DNA of 64,000 nt from Planctomycetota bacterium (GTDB taxonomy: Bacteria > Planctomycetota > UBA1135 > UBA2386). The position numbers and the translations under genes are program-made. The notes below the pieces were generated by a model. That model searched no databases. It saw only the letters and a list, made by a program, of their open reading frames with translations, and had not been told where the DNA came from. This document shows, one piece after another, positions 1 through 12,654 of the stretch. The first letter of the stretch is position 1. Each line of letters opens with the position of its first letter. Where the stretch lies: positions 4,608,001 to 4,672,000 of the forward strand of contig OZ245006.1 of NCBI GenBank assembly GCA_965223545.1, read 5' to 3'.

Positions 1-176
1 CCGGGGACTCCTCGTCGGGCTTCTTTGCGACTGGAGAAAGTCGTCGACCGAGGAGAAACCACCGATTCGTGTGCACCCGGATCGGGTCTTGGGGCCAGTT
101 GTCAGGCCCCGCCAGCGGTGCCGCACCGCGCAGCTCTTGACGTTGACCGGTCGGCGCCAACGATAGGAGCGGAGTC

Positions 177-1697
177 ATGTCTCTCACCGAACACTCCCGT
201 CGCCGCTGGATTGCCGCGCTGCTCGCCGTCGGGTTGGCCGCGGGGTCGGTGTTCGCCCAGTCCGAGGCGCGCCGCGTCGCGAGACTGCGAGCGGCCTTCG
301 CGCGTGAGGCCAAGTCCGGCGAGGACTTCGACCGCCGGCTGGAGGCGCTGCGGAGCGTCGAGCCACTGAGCGAGCGCATCGTCGAGACTCTGGTCGCCGT
401 CTACGATCGCATGGAGCGGGAGGCGAAGCCGATCGAGGAGCGCCGCGACCGGCCGTTGCAGTCGGGGGGTGGCAGTGCGCGGCTGGTGCCGTTGCGCGAC
501 GCGTTGCAGCGGTTGCGCTCGTTGCAGGATGTCGTGGTCGCGGTCGTGACGCGGGCGCGGGGCGAGCCGCTGGTCCGGTTGGTGGGGCTGGCGCTGGGTC
601 GCAAGCGACTGCCCACGCGTTTGGCGCACGGCATCGTCGGGAGCGCGCAGCACCTCGAAGCCGGCGAGGCCGATGTCGTCTTCGACAAGCTCACCAAGAG
701 CTCGTCGCGAGAGGTCGTCGTGCTGGCTCTGGCGGCGGTGGCGGCGATCGGTCCCGCAGCCCACGCCGCCGGCAACCGGGTCGTGGAGCTGCTCGGGCAC
801 GAGGATGTCGATGTCGCCGTTCAGGCGGTACGCGCCCTGGAGGCCCTGCGCTGGCCGGCTTCGCTTCCCGCGATGATCGATCGCCTCGACGGCGCCGAGG
901 GGCGCCTGCGGCGGTCCTTGATCGGCGCGCTGCGAACGCTGACCGGCGCCAACCCCGGCGCTGCTGTCGCGTCGTGGCGCCTTTGGCTCGAGCACGAGGG
1001 GCGGGCAATGGTCGAGGGGAAGGCCCCGCTCGCCGCCGCGGACGCCGCCGAGGCGAGTGCGCAGCCCGAACCACAGCTCGAGTCGGTGCCGGGGGCGACC
1101 GGCTCGTACTTCGGGATTCCGCAGGATGGCGACGCGATCCTGTACGTCGTCGACGCGTCGCAGTCGATGCGACAGCCTGGCGCCGGCACAAGTGATGAAA
1201 CCCGGATGGAGCGTTGTCAGCGTGAGCTGCACCGGGCGCTCGACGCGCTGCCGCGCGGCAAGCGCTTCAACTTGATCACCTTTGCAAACGGCGTGGTGGC
1301 GTTCGACACCGCCATGCAAGAGGCGACCCCGGACAACCTGCGCCGGGCGCACGAGTGGGTCGACGCCATCCAGCTGCAATATCAGACCAACGTGTACGAT
1401 GCCCTCGACCTCGCCTTCCGGGTTGCCGGCCGCCGCGGCGAGGACGACCTCTATCCCCTCGAGGCCGACACGATCTTGTTCTTGTCCGACGGTGAGCCGA
1501 CGCGCCGATCTACAACGCGAGCCGGCATGCAGCCCGATTCGGCCGACGAGATCCTCGCCGCGGTCCATCGCTGGAACCCGTTGCGGCGCATCGTCGTGCA
1601 CGTCGTCGCCCTGGGAGTCAGACCCAGGGCCGAGCGACCGCGCAACTTCTTGCGGCGGTTGGCGCAGGAGAACGGCGGGCGCTTCGTCGAGCGCTGA
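177..1697 (+). CDS. Secreted HEAT-repeat / von Willebrand factor A domain protein
   Basis: Signal-like N-terminus (RRRWIAALLAVGLAAGSVFAQ), HEAT-like helices, vWA MIDAS motif VVDASQSM and FLSDGEP. Confidence 0.8.
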   Translation: MSLTEHSRRRWIAALLAVGLAAGSVFAQSEARRVARLRAAFAREAKSGEDFDRRLEALRSVEPLSERIVETLVAVYDRMEREAKPIEERRDRPLQSGGGSARLVPLRDALQRLRSLQDVVVAVVTRARGEPLVRLVGLALGRKRLPTRLAHGIVGSAQHLEAGEADVVFDKLTKSSSREVVVLALAAVAAIGPAAHAAGNRVVELLGHEDVDVAVQAVRALEALRWPASLPAMIDRLDGAEGRLRRSLIGALRTLTGANPGAAVASWRLWLEHEGRAMVEGKAPLAAADAAEASAQPEPQLESVPGATGSYFGIPQDGDAILYVVDASQSMRQPGAGTSDETRMERCQRELHRALDALPRGKRFNLITFANGVVAFDTAMQEATPDNLRRAHEWVDAIQLQYQTNVYDALDLAFRVAGRRGEDDLYPLEADTILFLSDGEPTRRSTTRAGMQPDSADEILAAVHRWNPLRRIVVHVVALGVRPRAERPRNFLRRLAQENGGRFVER

Positions 1698-3142
<1,445 letters not shown>

Positions 3143-3146
<4 letters not shown>

Positions 3147-6079
3147 GGCTTGTGCAGCGTCTCGTCGAGATTGAGTAGCACGCTTGCGGCGATGGTCCAG
3201 GCGGCGAGGTCGGCGGGGGAGGTGTCGATGGGCGTCGCGCCGGCGAGCGCGTGGGCGGCGGCCGGCGCACCGGCGTAGTGCCGGCGCTCGCGCTCCAGAA
3301 GCTGGAGCAGGCGGTTGCGCTCGTCGTCGGTCGGCTCGCGCACCAGGCACAGCCGGACCGCGTGGTCGATGCGGTCCAGGTCGGTGCCGTCGGGGCACTC
3401 GCGCAGTGCGCGACGCGCCAGCGCGCGGGCGGCCTCGACGTAGACCGGATCGTTGAGCACAACGAGCGCCTGCAGGGGCGTGTTGGTCGGCGTGCGCCGC
3501 ACGACGCAGAACTCCCGGCTCGGCGCGTCGAAGGCGACCATCGACGGGTACGGGTTGGTGCGCCGCCAAAACGTGTAGAGCCCGCGGCGATAGCGATCTT
3601 CGCCGGTGGCGTCGGTCCAGCGGTCGCTGCTGTAGACCACCTGCCAAAGCCCCTGCGGCTGAGGGGGCATGACGCTCGGACCGCCGATCTCGTCGGACAG
3701 CAGCCCGGCGATGGCCAGCGCCTGGTCGCGGATCGTCTCGGCGGGCAAGCGGCGCCGGGGGCCGCGACCCAACCAGGTGTTGTCCGGATCGGCAGCCCGG
3801 CGCGCGCTCGGCACGGCGGCGGTCTGCCGATAGGTCGCCGAGGTCACCATCAGGCGCAGCATGCGCTTGACGCTCCAGCCGTTGTCGATGAGCCGCCGGC
3901 TCAACCAATCCAAGAGCTGCGGGTGGCTCGGCGGGTCTCCCTGCGTGCCGAAGTCTTCACTGGTCGCCACCAGCCCGCGGCCGAACAGTCCCTCCCAGAG
4001 GCGGTTGACGACTACCCGTGCGGTCAGCGGGTTTTCGTTTCCCACCAGCCACTGCGCGAACCCCAACCGATCGCGGCGTGCGTCGGCCGGCAAGTTCGGC
4101 CAGATCGATGGCAGGCCTGGCTCGACGGCCTCGCCCTTGGCGAGAAAGCTGCCGCGTCGATGCACGTGGGTCGTGCGCCGCGCGTCGGGCGGCAGCTCGC
4201 GCATCACCGGTACCGAGTTGCCGCGGATCTTGTCGATCGACGCCTGCAACGCGTCGGCCGCCGCGATCAGCGGCCGCGTCGCCTCGTCCTGGGCGAGGTA
4301 GGCGTCGGTCAGGGCGCGCTGTTGCGCGGCCGACCGCTCGGCGGCCGCGACCGCGAGCGCGGCCTCCGCCTCGCCGCCCAGATCATCGGGCCGCAGCGCG
4401 AACGCGAAGCCCGCCGCCCCGCCGTGGTTGGTGATGCGGAGCACGACTTCGTTGTCGCCGGCCCGCAGCCGGCCGGCGGCGCGGTCTTGATCGGGCGCCG
4501 CGCCGCGGCGCACGTCGCGGTGCAGCAGGCGTTCGCCGTTGAGCCAGAGCTCGACGCCGTCATCGCTGCCGATCGAGAACACGACGTCGAGCGCTGCGGC
4601 CGCGACCAGCTTGCGCCGCAGCAGCCAGCTGGCCGGTGCGCCGTCGGGCAGGGCGTGGACGACTCCGTCTCCCCATTCGGGGTGTGGCTGCCAGGCGGCG
4701 TCATCGGCGGGACTCGGCTCCGCGTCGGCCGCGCCGGCGGGCGGTATCGGCAGCGGTCCCGCCAGCTGCCAAGCGCCGCTCTCGAGGTCGGTGTCGGCAA
4801 AGCGCGCGCGGTGCAGCTCGCGCTCGGCGAGCCACGCGTCGCGCGCCACGGTCACGGCGGCCGGCAGGTCGTCCAGCACGGCGCGCTGCCGTGCGAGCAG
4901 GGCCTCCAGGCGCGCCCGCTCGGCGCGTTGGCTCGCGTCGAGCACGCGCAGCAGTGGCCGGTCGTCGTCCTTGTCGCTGTCCTCGGTGTTGTTGAAGAAG
5001 GCGAAGGCGCGGTAGTAGTCGCGCTGCTCGATCGGGTCGTATTTGTGATCGTGGCAGCGGGCGCACTCCATGGTCGTGCCGAGCCACACCTGTGCCGTCG
5101 TCGACAGCCGGTCGTGCACCGCCTCGACGCGGAACTCCTCGTCGTCGGTGCCGCCCTCGTCGTTGGTCATCGTGTTGCGGTGGAACGCCGTGGCGATGTG
5201 CTGGGCTTCGGTGGCATCGGGCAGCAGATCGCCGGCCAGCTGCTCGATCGTGAACCGGTCGAACGACAAGTCGCGGTTGAAGGCGTCGATGACCCAATCG
5301 CGGTAGAGCCAGATCTCGCGCCGCGCATCCTTCTCGAATCCCTTGGTGTCGGCGTAGCGCGCGAGATCGAGCCATCCGCGCGCCATGTGCTCGCCGTATC
5401 GGGGGGATGCGAGCAATGCGTCGACAGCGCGTTCGTAGGCGCCCGGGGCGTGGTCGGCGGCGAACGCGCGGCGGAGCGCCTCGCTCGGTGGCAAGCCGGT
5501 CAGGTCCAGGCTGACCCGCCGCAGCAGCGTCTGCCGGTCGGCGCTGGGCGCGGGTTGCCAACCCCGCGCCTCGAGCCGGGCCAAGGCGAACGCGTCGATG
5601 GCGTTGCGCAGCCAGTCGGGCTGGGCGACCGCCGGCGGGGTCACCGCGGCGATCGGGCGGTAGGCCCAATGGGCGAGCGGGGCGGCGGTGTCCGGCTCGG
5701 CGGGCCACGGTGCTCCGGCGTCGATCCAACGCCGGAGGACGTCGATCTGCGCGTCGGTCAGCGGTGCTTCGCGGGGTGGCATCCGTCGCTTGCCGCGACT
5801 CTGCGTGATGTGCCACATCAGCAAGCTGCCGTCGGCGTCGCCGGCGCGGATCGGTGGCCCGGAGCGGCCGCCCGCCAGCGCACTCTGCCGCCGGTCGAGG
5901 CGCAGGCTCTTGCGCTGCACGCGCGGGCCGTGGCACGGCACGCAGCGGCGCTCCAGGATGGGCGCGACGTCGCGGCGGAAATCCGGCGGCGCCGCCGGTT
6001 CCTGCGCCCGCGCGGCGGGGCCGAGACCGGCCGCGCCGAGAGCGAGCAACGCGACGGTGGGGGCGCAGCGGGCGGACAT
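3143..6079 (-). CDS. PSD1 / planctomycete cytochrome c (DUF1549/DUF1553) protein with PA14-like insertion
   Basis: CxxCH motifs CVPCH and CARCH, WLDLARYADT, NPLTARVVVNRLW, TNTPLQAL; SDDGVELWLNG insert; typical partner of DUF1501. Confidence 0.92.
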
Positions 6080-6113
6080 CGCCCGGGATCATAGCACCGG
6101 AGGCGGGGGCTCC

Positions 6114-6779
6114 TCAGGTCGGGGTGCCGCCGGCGCGGCGGGCATGCGTCTTGCGGTGGCCGCGCAGGTCGAACCAGATCTTCAGCGCCACCAGCACGAT
6201 CAGGACGCCGTGCGGCAAGTCGAGCACGACGACCAGGACGGCGCCGAGCACGATCGCCAAGTGCATCACCAAGATGCGCGGGTAGATCGACGACATCTCG
6301 CGGTTGACCGTGGTGCGCCGGTATTCGCCGCGGCCGATGTAGTTGACGAAGAACGACAGCGTGTGGCTGATCGCCAGCCCGCCGATCGCCACCGCCGTCT
6401 CGGTGCGCTCGAGGAGGGTCCACGCGCGCTGCAGCGCTTGCCAGCCCTCGCGCGCGTGAAAGCCACTGTCCGTGATCGCGCTCAGCAGCATCAAGTGCGC
6501 GAACAAGAACATGCCGTAGTGGACGCAGAAGAAGGCGATCAGGAACAGCTTGGGCGTGCCCGGCTGCCGCATCGGCGCCAGCGCCATGCGCGGCAGATTG
6601 AGCACGCCGAGCACCGCGTTCTCCAGCCAGTAGAGAATCAGCAGGTGGTACGGATCCCAGTCGAAGGCCACCACGCCGATCGCGGGGACGAGGTTGGCCA
6701 GCACCAGCGCTAGTTGCGACAGGCGCAGCGCCGCAAGAGGTTGCGGAGACTCGTTGCGGTCGGCGGCGGGCGGCTGCAT
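6114..6779 (-). CDS. DUF6498-like membrane protein
   Basis: LVLANLVPAIGV, LYWLEN, FFCVHYGMF, YPRILVMHLAI hydrophobic pattern. Start chosen at ATG 6779. Confidence 0.75.
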   Translation of the reverse strand: MQPPAADRNESPQPLAALRLSQLALVLANLVPAIGVVAFDWDPYHLLILYWLENAVLGVLNLPRMALAPMRQPGTPKLFLIAFFCVHYGMFLFAHLMLLSAITDSGFHAREGWQALQRAWTLLERTETAVAIGGLAISHTLSFFVNYIGRGEYRRTTVNREMSSIYPRILVMHLAIVLGAVLVVVLDLPHGVLIVLVALKIWFDLRGHRKTHARRAGGTPT

Positions 6780-6866
6780 CGAGGCAACCGTAGTGCGTCG
6801 AATCGGCGCGGCGCAACAGATCTCAGCGCGCGCGACCCCGGCGGTCCGCCGTGCTACAACCCGTCC

Positions 6867-7796
6867 ATGCATTCGACAGCGGTGCGTGGCGTTCGGTATG
6901 CCCTGTTGTGGTTCTCGATGCCGGTGTGGGCGGCGGCGTGCGCGGTGCCCGAGGCCCGGACTCTCGATGGTCGAGCACTGCACCGGCCGGCGCTGCCGCC
7001 CGCCGTTCTCGACGGGCGCCTCGCCGCGCTGCGCGACGCCGAAGCGGAGCTGTTGGCGTCGCCCGACAGTCTCGATGCGCTGATCTGGGTCGGTCGTCGG
7101 CAGGCATACTTGAGCCGCTACCGCGACGCGATCGCGACCTACGATCGCGGGTTGCGCGTGCACGGCGAGCACCCACGCCTGCTGCGCCACCGGGGCCATC
7201 GCTGGCTGACGTTGCGAGCGCTCGATGCGGCGCGCAGCGATCTGCAGCGCGCCACCGCGCTGATCGAGGGACAGGCCGACCGGGTCGAGGCCGATGGCTT
7301 GCCCAACGCGCGCGGCATCCCCACCAGCACGCTGCACACCAACATCCACTACCACCTGGGCTTGGCTTGCTTCCTGCAGGGGGACTACGCCGCTGCCGAG
7401 GCCGCGTACCGCCGTTGCCTCGCGGTCGCGGCAAACCCGGACATGTGGTGCGCGACGGCGTACTGGCTGTGCCTCACCCTGTGGCGGCAGGGTGGTGATG
7501 CGGTAGACCTCTTGCGGTCGGTCGACGCGGACTTCGACGTCATCGAGAACCACGCCTATCACGAGTTGCTCTTAGTGTTCGCCGGGAAGCGCGCGGTGGA
7601 CACGGTGCTCGCCGGAGTCGAGGAGGGCAGTGGCGACTTCGCGACCCGCGCCTTCGGTGTGGCCGAGTGGCTCCACCGCCGCGGGGATCCCGCTGCCGCG
7701 CGGGATCTGCTGCGACGCATCTGTGCCGGCGACTCGTGGGCGTCGTTCGGCCACATCGCCGCCGAAGCCCGTTTGCTCGAGACCGGCGTGCGCTGA
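6867..7796 (+). CDS. TPR-repeat exported protein, possible lipoprotein
   Basis: Hydrophobic N-terminus ending AAAC; TPR-like helices (IWVGRRQAYL, RHRGHRWLTLR, YHLGLACFL). Confidence 0.75.
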   Translation: MHSTAVRGVRYALLWFSMPVWAAACAVPEARTLDGRALHRPALPPAVLDGRLAALRDAEAELLASPDSLDALIWVGRRQAYLSRYRDAIATYDRGLRVHGEHPRLLRHRGHRWLTLRALDAARSDLQRATALIEGQADRVEADGLPNARGIPTSTLHTNIHYHLGLACFLQGDYAAAEAAYRRCLAVAANPDMWCATAYWLCLTLWRQGGDAVDLLRSVDADFDVIENHAYHELLLVFAGKRAVDTVLAGVEEGSGDFATRAFGVAEWLHRRGDPAAARDLLRRICAGDSWASFGHIAAEARLLETGVR

Positions 7797-7801
7797 CCGC
7801 G

Positions 7802-8350
7802 CTACCAGGTGTCGATCGCGCGGGCCAAGTTGGCCCGGGCGGTGGCCTCCAAGCCCGCACCCCAGCTGGTGTGGTAGATCCGGTCGCGGGCCAGGAAGCG
7901 CTCGAAGACCTCGCGCTGACCGCGGTAGAAGTCGTCGTCGGAGTAGCAGGAATACTCCGCGCGGATGTCGTCGGTGTTGGCGCGGAACCTCGGCCAGTCA
8001 CTCGCCAGCGAGGACAGGTCGAGGTCGAGGACCGCGGCCGAGGCGTCGCAGCTGGGCTCGTGCTGGACGGTGTCGAGCACGATCTGGCGCACGAGGTCGA
8101 CACTGTCGGTGGGCCAGCCCGCGGCGCCCAGCTGCTGCGCCGCCAGCGCCGCGCTGTCCGCCTCGTTGGTGGTGCTCGGCACCTTGTAGATGGCGTCGTG
8201 GTACCAGACCGCCAGCACCTGCTCCGGCGACAGGCGCAGGTCGCGACCCTTCCACAGCATGTCGGCGATGTGCTCGATCGTGTGGTAGCGCCGGTGAGGC
8301 TCGCAGTAGCGCCGGCTGAGGTCGACGAGAACCGAATTGGGCAGTGGCAC
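7802..8350 (-). CDS. Predicted HD-superfamily metal-dependent phosphohydrolase (COG4339-like)
   Basis: EPHRRYHTIEHI, WYHDAIY, LDLDLSSL, IRAEY, ARANL motifs. Confidence 0.85.
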   Translation of the reverse strand: MPLPNSVLVDLSRRYCEPHRRYHTIEHIADMLWKGRDLRLSPEQVLAVWYHDAIYKVPSTTNEADSAALAAQQLGAAGWPTDSVDLVRQIVLDTVQHEPSCDASAAVLDLDLSSLASDWPRFRANTDDIRAEYSCYSDDDFYRGQREVFERFLARDRIYHTSWGAGLEATARANLARAIDTW

Positions 8351-8430
8351 CGAGGAGTCTTGCGGCGGGGATGCGGGCGACGGGCGGGGACAGACTGTAG
8401 CGTCTGCCGCGCGCCGTCGCGAGCTTGGCG

Positions 8431-9495
8431 CTACGGCCGGCGCTCCATCTCCTGCCAGCCGTTGTAGGTCACGTAGCGGCCGCTGGCGCGGTTTGCCAAG
8501 GCGATCGCGGCCGACGAGTAGTAGATGTTGAGCGTGCCCTTGATCTCGAAAGTGCTCGCTCCCGGCCCCTGGATCAGCGCGCCGCGGATGGTAGCGGTGC
8601 CGGCGCTGTTGTCGATGTTGCCGGCGACCAAGACGACGCCGTCGAACTCGAAGGTGCCGGTGATGGTCAGATCGCCGTTGACGACCAGCACGCCGGCGCC
8701 GCGCGAGTTGCCGGAGAACGTGACGTCGCCGCCGCGGTAGGCGACGTTGGCGATGCCAGCCGCGCCGTTGCCGAACGAATACGACGAGTACTTGCTGCTC
8801 GTCAGTACCAGGTTTGCCGTGTTCTGGATCTCGGCGACGACGGCGGCGAAGTTGAGCGGACCGGTGGGGCCGACTTGTGGGCTGCCCGCCGAGTAGCTGC
8901 TGATCGTCGCCGTCATCGTCGGCGAGGCGCCCGGTGACGCGACCCCGACCCCCATCACCGACACGCCGGTGCTGGCGCCGGTCATGGTCACCTCGTTGCC
9001 CGAGATCAGCGGCGTGCCCTTGCCGATGAAGTTGACGTTCGGGTTGAGCAGAGCCACGGCACTGGTGATGTTGGGCAGCACCTTGACCGGGCCCAGGTAG
9101 GCGACCACGCGTCGCTGCACCGCGCGGTACTGACCCGCCACGAGGATCTGGAACACGTCTTCGTCGGCCTCGTCGATCTGGCCGTCGCCGTCGTTGTCGA
9201 GTCCGTCGGTGGCCAGGTAGGTCGGCGTCACGGTGAAGGACAAGCCGCTGCCCAACGCCCGGTTGTAGCTGACGCCGGACTGCAACGTCGGTGGCGTCGA
9301 CTGCGCGCGGAAGACTGCGTCGTCGATGCCGGACTCGGCCGCCAACAGCGCCTTCTCGTCATCGAGCACCGCGGCGTGCTCGGCCGAGCGCTTGGCCATC
9401 ACCGAGGTGAACGACGCCGCGGTCAACAACAGGGGCATCAAGAAGGCGAACAGCGCCAGCAACACGGCGCCGTTCTCGCCGGTGGGCAACCCCAT
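8431..9495 (-). CDS. PilX-like type IV pilus-associated protein
   Basis: ENGAVLLAL prepilin-like start, ALLAAESGIDDA, DGLDNDGDGQIDE Ca-binding-like loop, G-V-L-V-V-N-G-D beta-helix-like C-terminus ending WQE. Confidence 0.65.
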   Translation of the reverse strand: MGLPTGENGAVLLALFAFLMPLLLTAASFTSVMAKRSAEHAAVLDDEKALLAAESGIDDAVFRAQSTPPTLQSGVSYNRALGSGLSFTVTPTYLATDGLDNDGDGQIDEADEDVFQILVAGQYRAVQRRVVAYLGPVKVLPNITSAVALLNPNVNFIGKGTPLISGNEVTMTGASTGVSVMGVGVASPGASPTMTATISSYSAGSPQVGPTGPLNFAAVVAEIQNTANLVLTSSKYSSYSFGNGAAGIANVAYRGGDVTFSGNSRGAGVLVVNGDLTITGTFEFDGVVLVAGNIDNSAGTATIRGALIQGPGASTFEIKGTLNIYYSSAAIALANRASGRYVTYNGWQEMERRP

Positions 9496-9601
9496 CGAGG
9501 TTGCATGACACCGAGCATGACGATGATGAGATCGAATACGCATGGCTGGACTCCACTGCTCCCCCTGCTGAGTGGAACCCGTTTGACTGAGACTCCTGTC
9601 G

Positions 9602-11626
9602 TCATCCTGGACGGCGGAGATGAGGAGTGGGGTGCGGAGTGTCTCGTCCCGGGACTGGTGCCGGGTTCGCGTAGCGTTGCCGTTCGTGAGTTTCCGTGAC
9701 CGCTTCGAGCTCGGCGATGACGGCCGGCGGCAGGCCGGCGGCGCGCACCCGTTGCATCAGCTCGCGCGGTGTTTCCCCAGGGAGAAGGCGGACTTTGGCG
9801 CGCGCTATCGCGCGTGCATAGGTCCACACCGCGGGGTGGTGGCGTCGCCGTCGCCGGCGTCGTAGCCCGAGCACGGCGGCGGCGATCGACAGCGCCCACA
9901 ACAGGGCCTGCAGTGGGTTGGCGAGCCCCCAGGTCGCGAGCTGGCGCGGTGCAGCGCGCAGCCAGGCGAACGCTGCGGCGCGGGCGTCGTCGTTGAACGT
10001 GGTCAGCCGCGTCCAGAGGCCGCCGATCCAGGCGCGCGCGCCAGCGAGAAGACCGGGCTCGGCATCGCCCGCGCCTTCCGCCGCCGGAGTCGCGTCGACG
10101 GCGTACCAAAAACCGTTCGGGTCGAGGACCTCGACCCAGGCGTGCGCGTGGCGGCGGCGCACGACGATCTCGGTGCGGTCCGCGCTCCACTCACTGCAGA
10201 GATAGCCGGTGACCATCCGCGCGGGGATGCCCTCGCTGCGCAGCATCAGCGCGAGCGCGGTGGCGAAGTACTCGCAGTGTCCGACCGTACCGCGCTCGAA
10301 GAAGTCGGTGAGATTGCGGGCGGCGTCCGGCTCTCCCGGCAAGGCGTAGCGCCCGTTGTTGGCCAGCTCTGCCCGCAACGCCTCGACCAGCGCGTGCGGC
10401 GGCGCGCCCTCGATCCGGCGGACGACCCGGCGGCACAGCCGCCGGGCGGCGCGCGGCATGGTCCTGCCCAGCAGCTCGATGTAAGGGAGCACTGCGCGGC
10501 TGGTGTGGCGAGCGCGGTGGTCGGCGTGCTCCAGCGCGCGGCTCCGCAGGCCGAGGCGGTAGTGCAGCGGTCGCTGTGCGTCGCGGCGGTGGTCGAGCAG
10601 GATGGAGACCGTGCCGTCGTGATTGGCGCTGGCGAAGGCTTCGTCGGCGACGCGGATGCGATCGGCCTCGAGTGGCGCGAACAGGCGTGGGCTCTCGGTG
10701 TCCTCGAGCGTGATGTCGAGCTGGGTGACCGCGTCGGCTCGCGGCCCCGGCCGGTAGAGCTCGGTGTCACTCTGCCGCAGCCACTGCGGGTCGAGAGCCC
10801 GGCCGTGGGCGGGGCCGCTGAGCACCGTTCGCCACCGGTTGGCTTCGAATCGGTCGAAGGTGGCGCCGCGCCACAGGGTCGGAACCGCCGCGCGGTCGCC
10901 GCCGACGACGCGGATGCGCATGACCACCCGGTCGCTCTGCACTACCGCGCCGCTCTGGCCGAGCTTGACGGTCTCGCTGAAGCCGGTCTCGGCGATCTGC
11001 TGGCTGAGCAGGTGCTCGGCGACGAGGCCCTCGCGCTCGAAGTCGCGCGGCAGGAGCGCGAAGCCGCCGAGCGTGAGGCCGATCACCACCACGCCGCGCA
11101 GCATCGCGTCGCGGAGCTGGGCCCGGTCGACCCTGGTGCCGAACCGGGCCGCGTGCGCCAGCGTCATCGCCATCAACAAGACGGTGACGTAGACGATGAA
11201 CAGGGCCGCGTAGGCGACGTCTTGACAGAAGAAGCTGGTGACGAGAGCGATCAGGAAGGAGTTGAAGAACAACAGGTCGGGTCGTTGTTGCCGCGACAAG
11301 TTGTTGAGCAGGTGCACCTGGCACAAGGCCGCCAGCATCAGGCCGTCCTCGAGCAGGAAGCGGATGCCGGAGGTGGCGTGGTGCACGAGCAGGGCGAAGA
11401 CGCCGAGCACCGAGCCGTTCCACAGCGCGCGGTACAACAGCCGGGGTTGCCAGCGCGCGGTCCAGGGTGCGATCGCGGTCAGCAGCCACAGCGGCAGCAG
11501 CCAGTGCGTGCCGACCGCGCCGGTGAGCTGGACGAAGGCGAGGTTGACGAGCACCACTGCCAGCAGCGCATGGCGCAGGCCGCGCGGGTGGTGGAACGTT
11601 CCGCCCGTTGGCGCCCGGCCGCTCAC
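9602..11626 (-). CDS. TgpA-like transglutaminase (DUF3488 + transglutaminase domain) membrane protein
   Basis: Multiple TM helices; catalytic motifs GHCEYFATA, HAHAWVEV, DAT. GTG start overlaps the DUF58 stop. Confidence 0.88.
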   Translation of the reverse strand: MSGRAPTGGTFHHPRGLRHALLAVVLVNLAFVQLTGAVGTHWLLPLWLLTAIAPWTARWQPRLLYRALWNGSVLGVFALLVHHATSGIRFLLEDGLMLAALCQVHLLNNLSRQQRPDLLFFNSFLIALVTSFFCQDVAYAALFIVYVTVLLMAMTLAHAARFGTRVDRAQLRDAMLRGVVVIGLTLGGFALLPRDFEREGLVAEHLLSQQIAETGFSETVKLGQSGAVVQSDRVVMRIRVVGGDRAAVPTLWRGATFDRFEANRWRTVLSGPAHGRALDPQWLRQSDTELYRPGPRADAVTQLDITLEDTESPRLFAPLEADRIRVADEAFASANHDGTVSILLDHRRDAQRPLHYRLGLRSRALEHADHRARHTSRAVLPYIELLGRTMPRAARRLCRRVVRRIEGAPPHALVEALRAELANNGRYALPGEPDAARNLTDFFERGTVGHCEYFATALALMLRSEGIPARMVTGYLCSEWSADRTEIVVRRRHAHAWVEVLDPNGFWYAVDATPAAEGAGDAEPGLLAGARAWIGGLWTRLTTFNDDARAAAFAWLRAAPRQLATWGLANPLQALLWALSIAAAVLGLRRRRRRRHHPAVWTYARAIARAKVRLLPGETPRELMQRVRAAGLPPAVIAELEAVTETHERQRYANPAPVPGRDTPHPTPHLRRPG

Positions 11627-12654
11627 GCAGTCGCTCCCGTGGTCGTCGTGCGCGGCAACCGCAGCACGCCGGGCGCCACTGGCGGCGGTGCCGGTGCGTC
11701 GCTGGGCAGCGGCGCAGCCGTGGCCAGATAGGTCCACAGCTCGTCCCAGGGTCGTTGGCACTCGCCGTAGCTGCCGCTGACGTCTTGGCTGTGCAGCACC
11801 AGCACGTCCTTGTTGGTCCGCGCCCACTGCGCCAGGCCGGCGATCAGCTGCAGTGCCGGCTCCAACGTGTCCGGATCGTGCCGCAGATCGAGCAGCACCT
11901 CGATGCCGGTGCGCGCGTCGGTCTCGCGCTCGATCACGACGAGGCCGGCGCGCCGCGCGCTGGCCTTCCAGTGCACCGTGCGGGGTTCGTCCCCCGGCCG
12001 GTAGTCGCGCAGGCCGACGGCTTCGCCGGCGTCCGGCTCACCGCCGGCGAGCTCGCCCTCGAGCTGGGCGATCAGCTGCCGGCGGTCACGCGCCGCGCCG
12101 AGGTCGACGGGGGCTGGATACACCACGATGTAGGGCGGAGACTTCGCCCGGCGCCAGGCGCGGGCGAAGCCGAAGGGGTAGCTGCTGGTCAGCCGCGCCT
12201 CCGACAATGAGTGCAGTCCGCGCGGCAGCGCCGGCAGAGTGCCCTCGACGATGCAGTCGGCGTCCGCTGCACAGCGCCCCGCAGTCGCCACCGGCAGTCG
12301 TTTTCCGGCGATCGATACGGTGCATTGCAGCGTGTAGCGGGTGCGGGCCGGTGCACGCACCAGCACGGTGGCGCGCGGCGCGACGCCGGCGGGCGCCGGC
12401 TCGACATGCAGCACCGCCGCGCTCGCACCGGCGACGTTGCGCCACGTCCACCACAGCGAACAACCCGCGACGGTGGCGGCGAACACCATCAGCAGGAAGA
12501 ACAAGTTCATGTAGGGCGCCGCGTAGAACGCGGCGATCAGCGTCGCGTAGAACAGCAGCGCCTTCATGCCCAGCGCGGTCGGGACCAAGCGGACTCCGCC
12601 ATCCGGGCCGTCGAGACGCTGGCTGGGCGGAGACTTGGCCGGCCCCGGCTTCAT
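11623..12654 (-). CDS. DUF58 domain protein
   Basis: LPRG, SYPFG, VVYP, LRDYRPGDEPRTVHWKASAR; lies between MoxR and TgpA-like genes. Confidence 0.88.
   Translation of the reverse strand: MKPGPAKSPPSQRLDGPDGGVRLVPTALGMKALLFYATLIAAFYAAPYMNLFFLLMVFAATVAGCSLWWTWRNVAGASAAVLHVEPAPAGVAPRATVLVRAPARTRYTLQCTVSIAGKRLPVATAGRCAADADCIVEGTLPALPRGLHSLSEARLTSSYPFGFARAWRRAKSPPYIVVYPAPVDLGAARDRRQLIAQLEGELAGGEPDAGEAVGLRDYRPGDEPRTVHWKASARRAGLVVIERETDARTGIEVLLDLRHDPDTLEPALQLIAGLAQWARTNKDVLVLHSQDVSGSYGECQRPWDELWTYLATAAPLPSDAPAPPPVAPGVLRLPRTTTTGATA

Noticed and set aside
3251..6094. Long antisense or alternate-frame ORFs (also 35375-38497, 46964-50425, 25612-27153 and others)
   Set aside because: Shadow ORFs of real genes in high-GC DNA; Arg/Ala/Pro-rich with no motifs.
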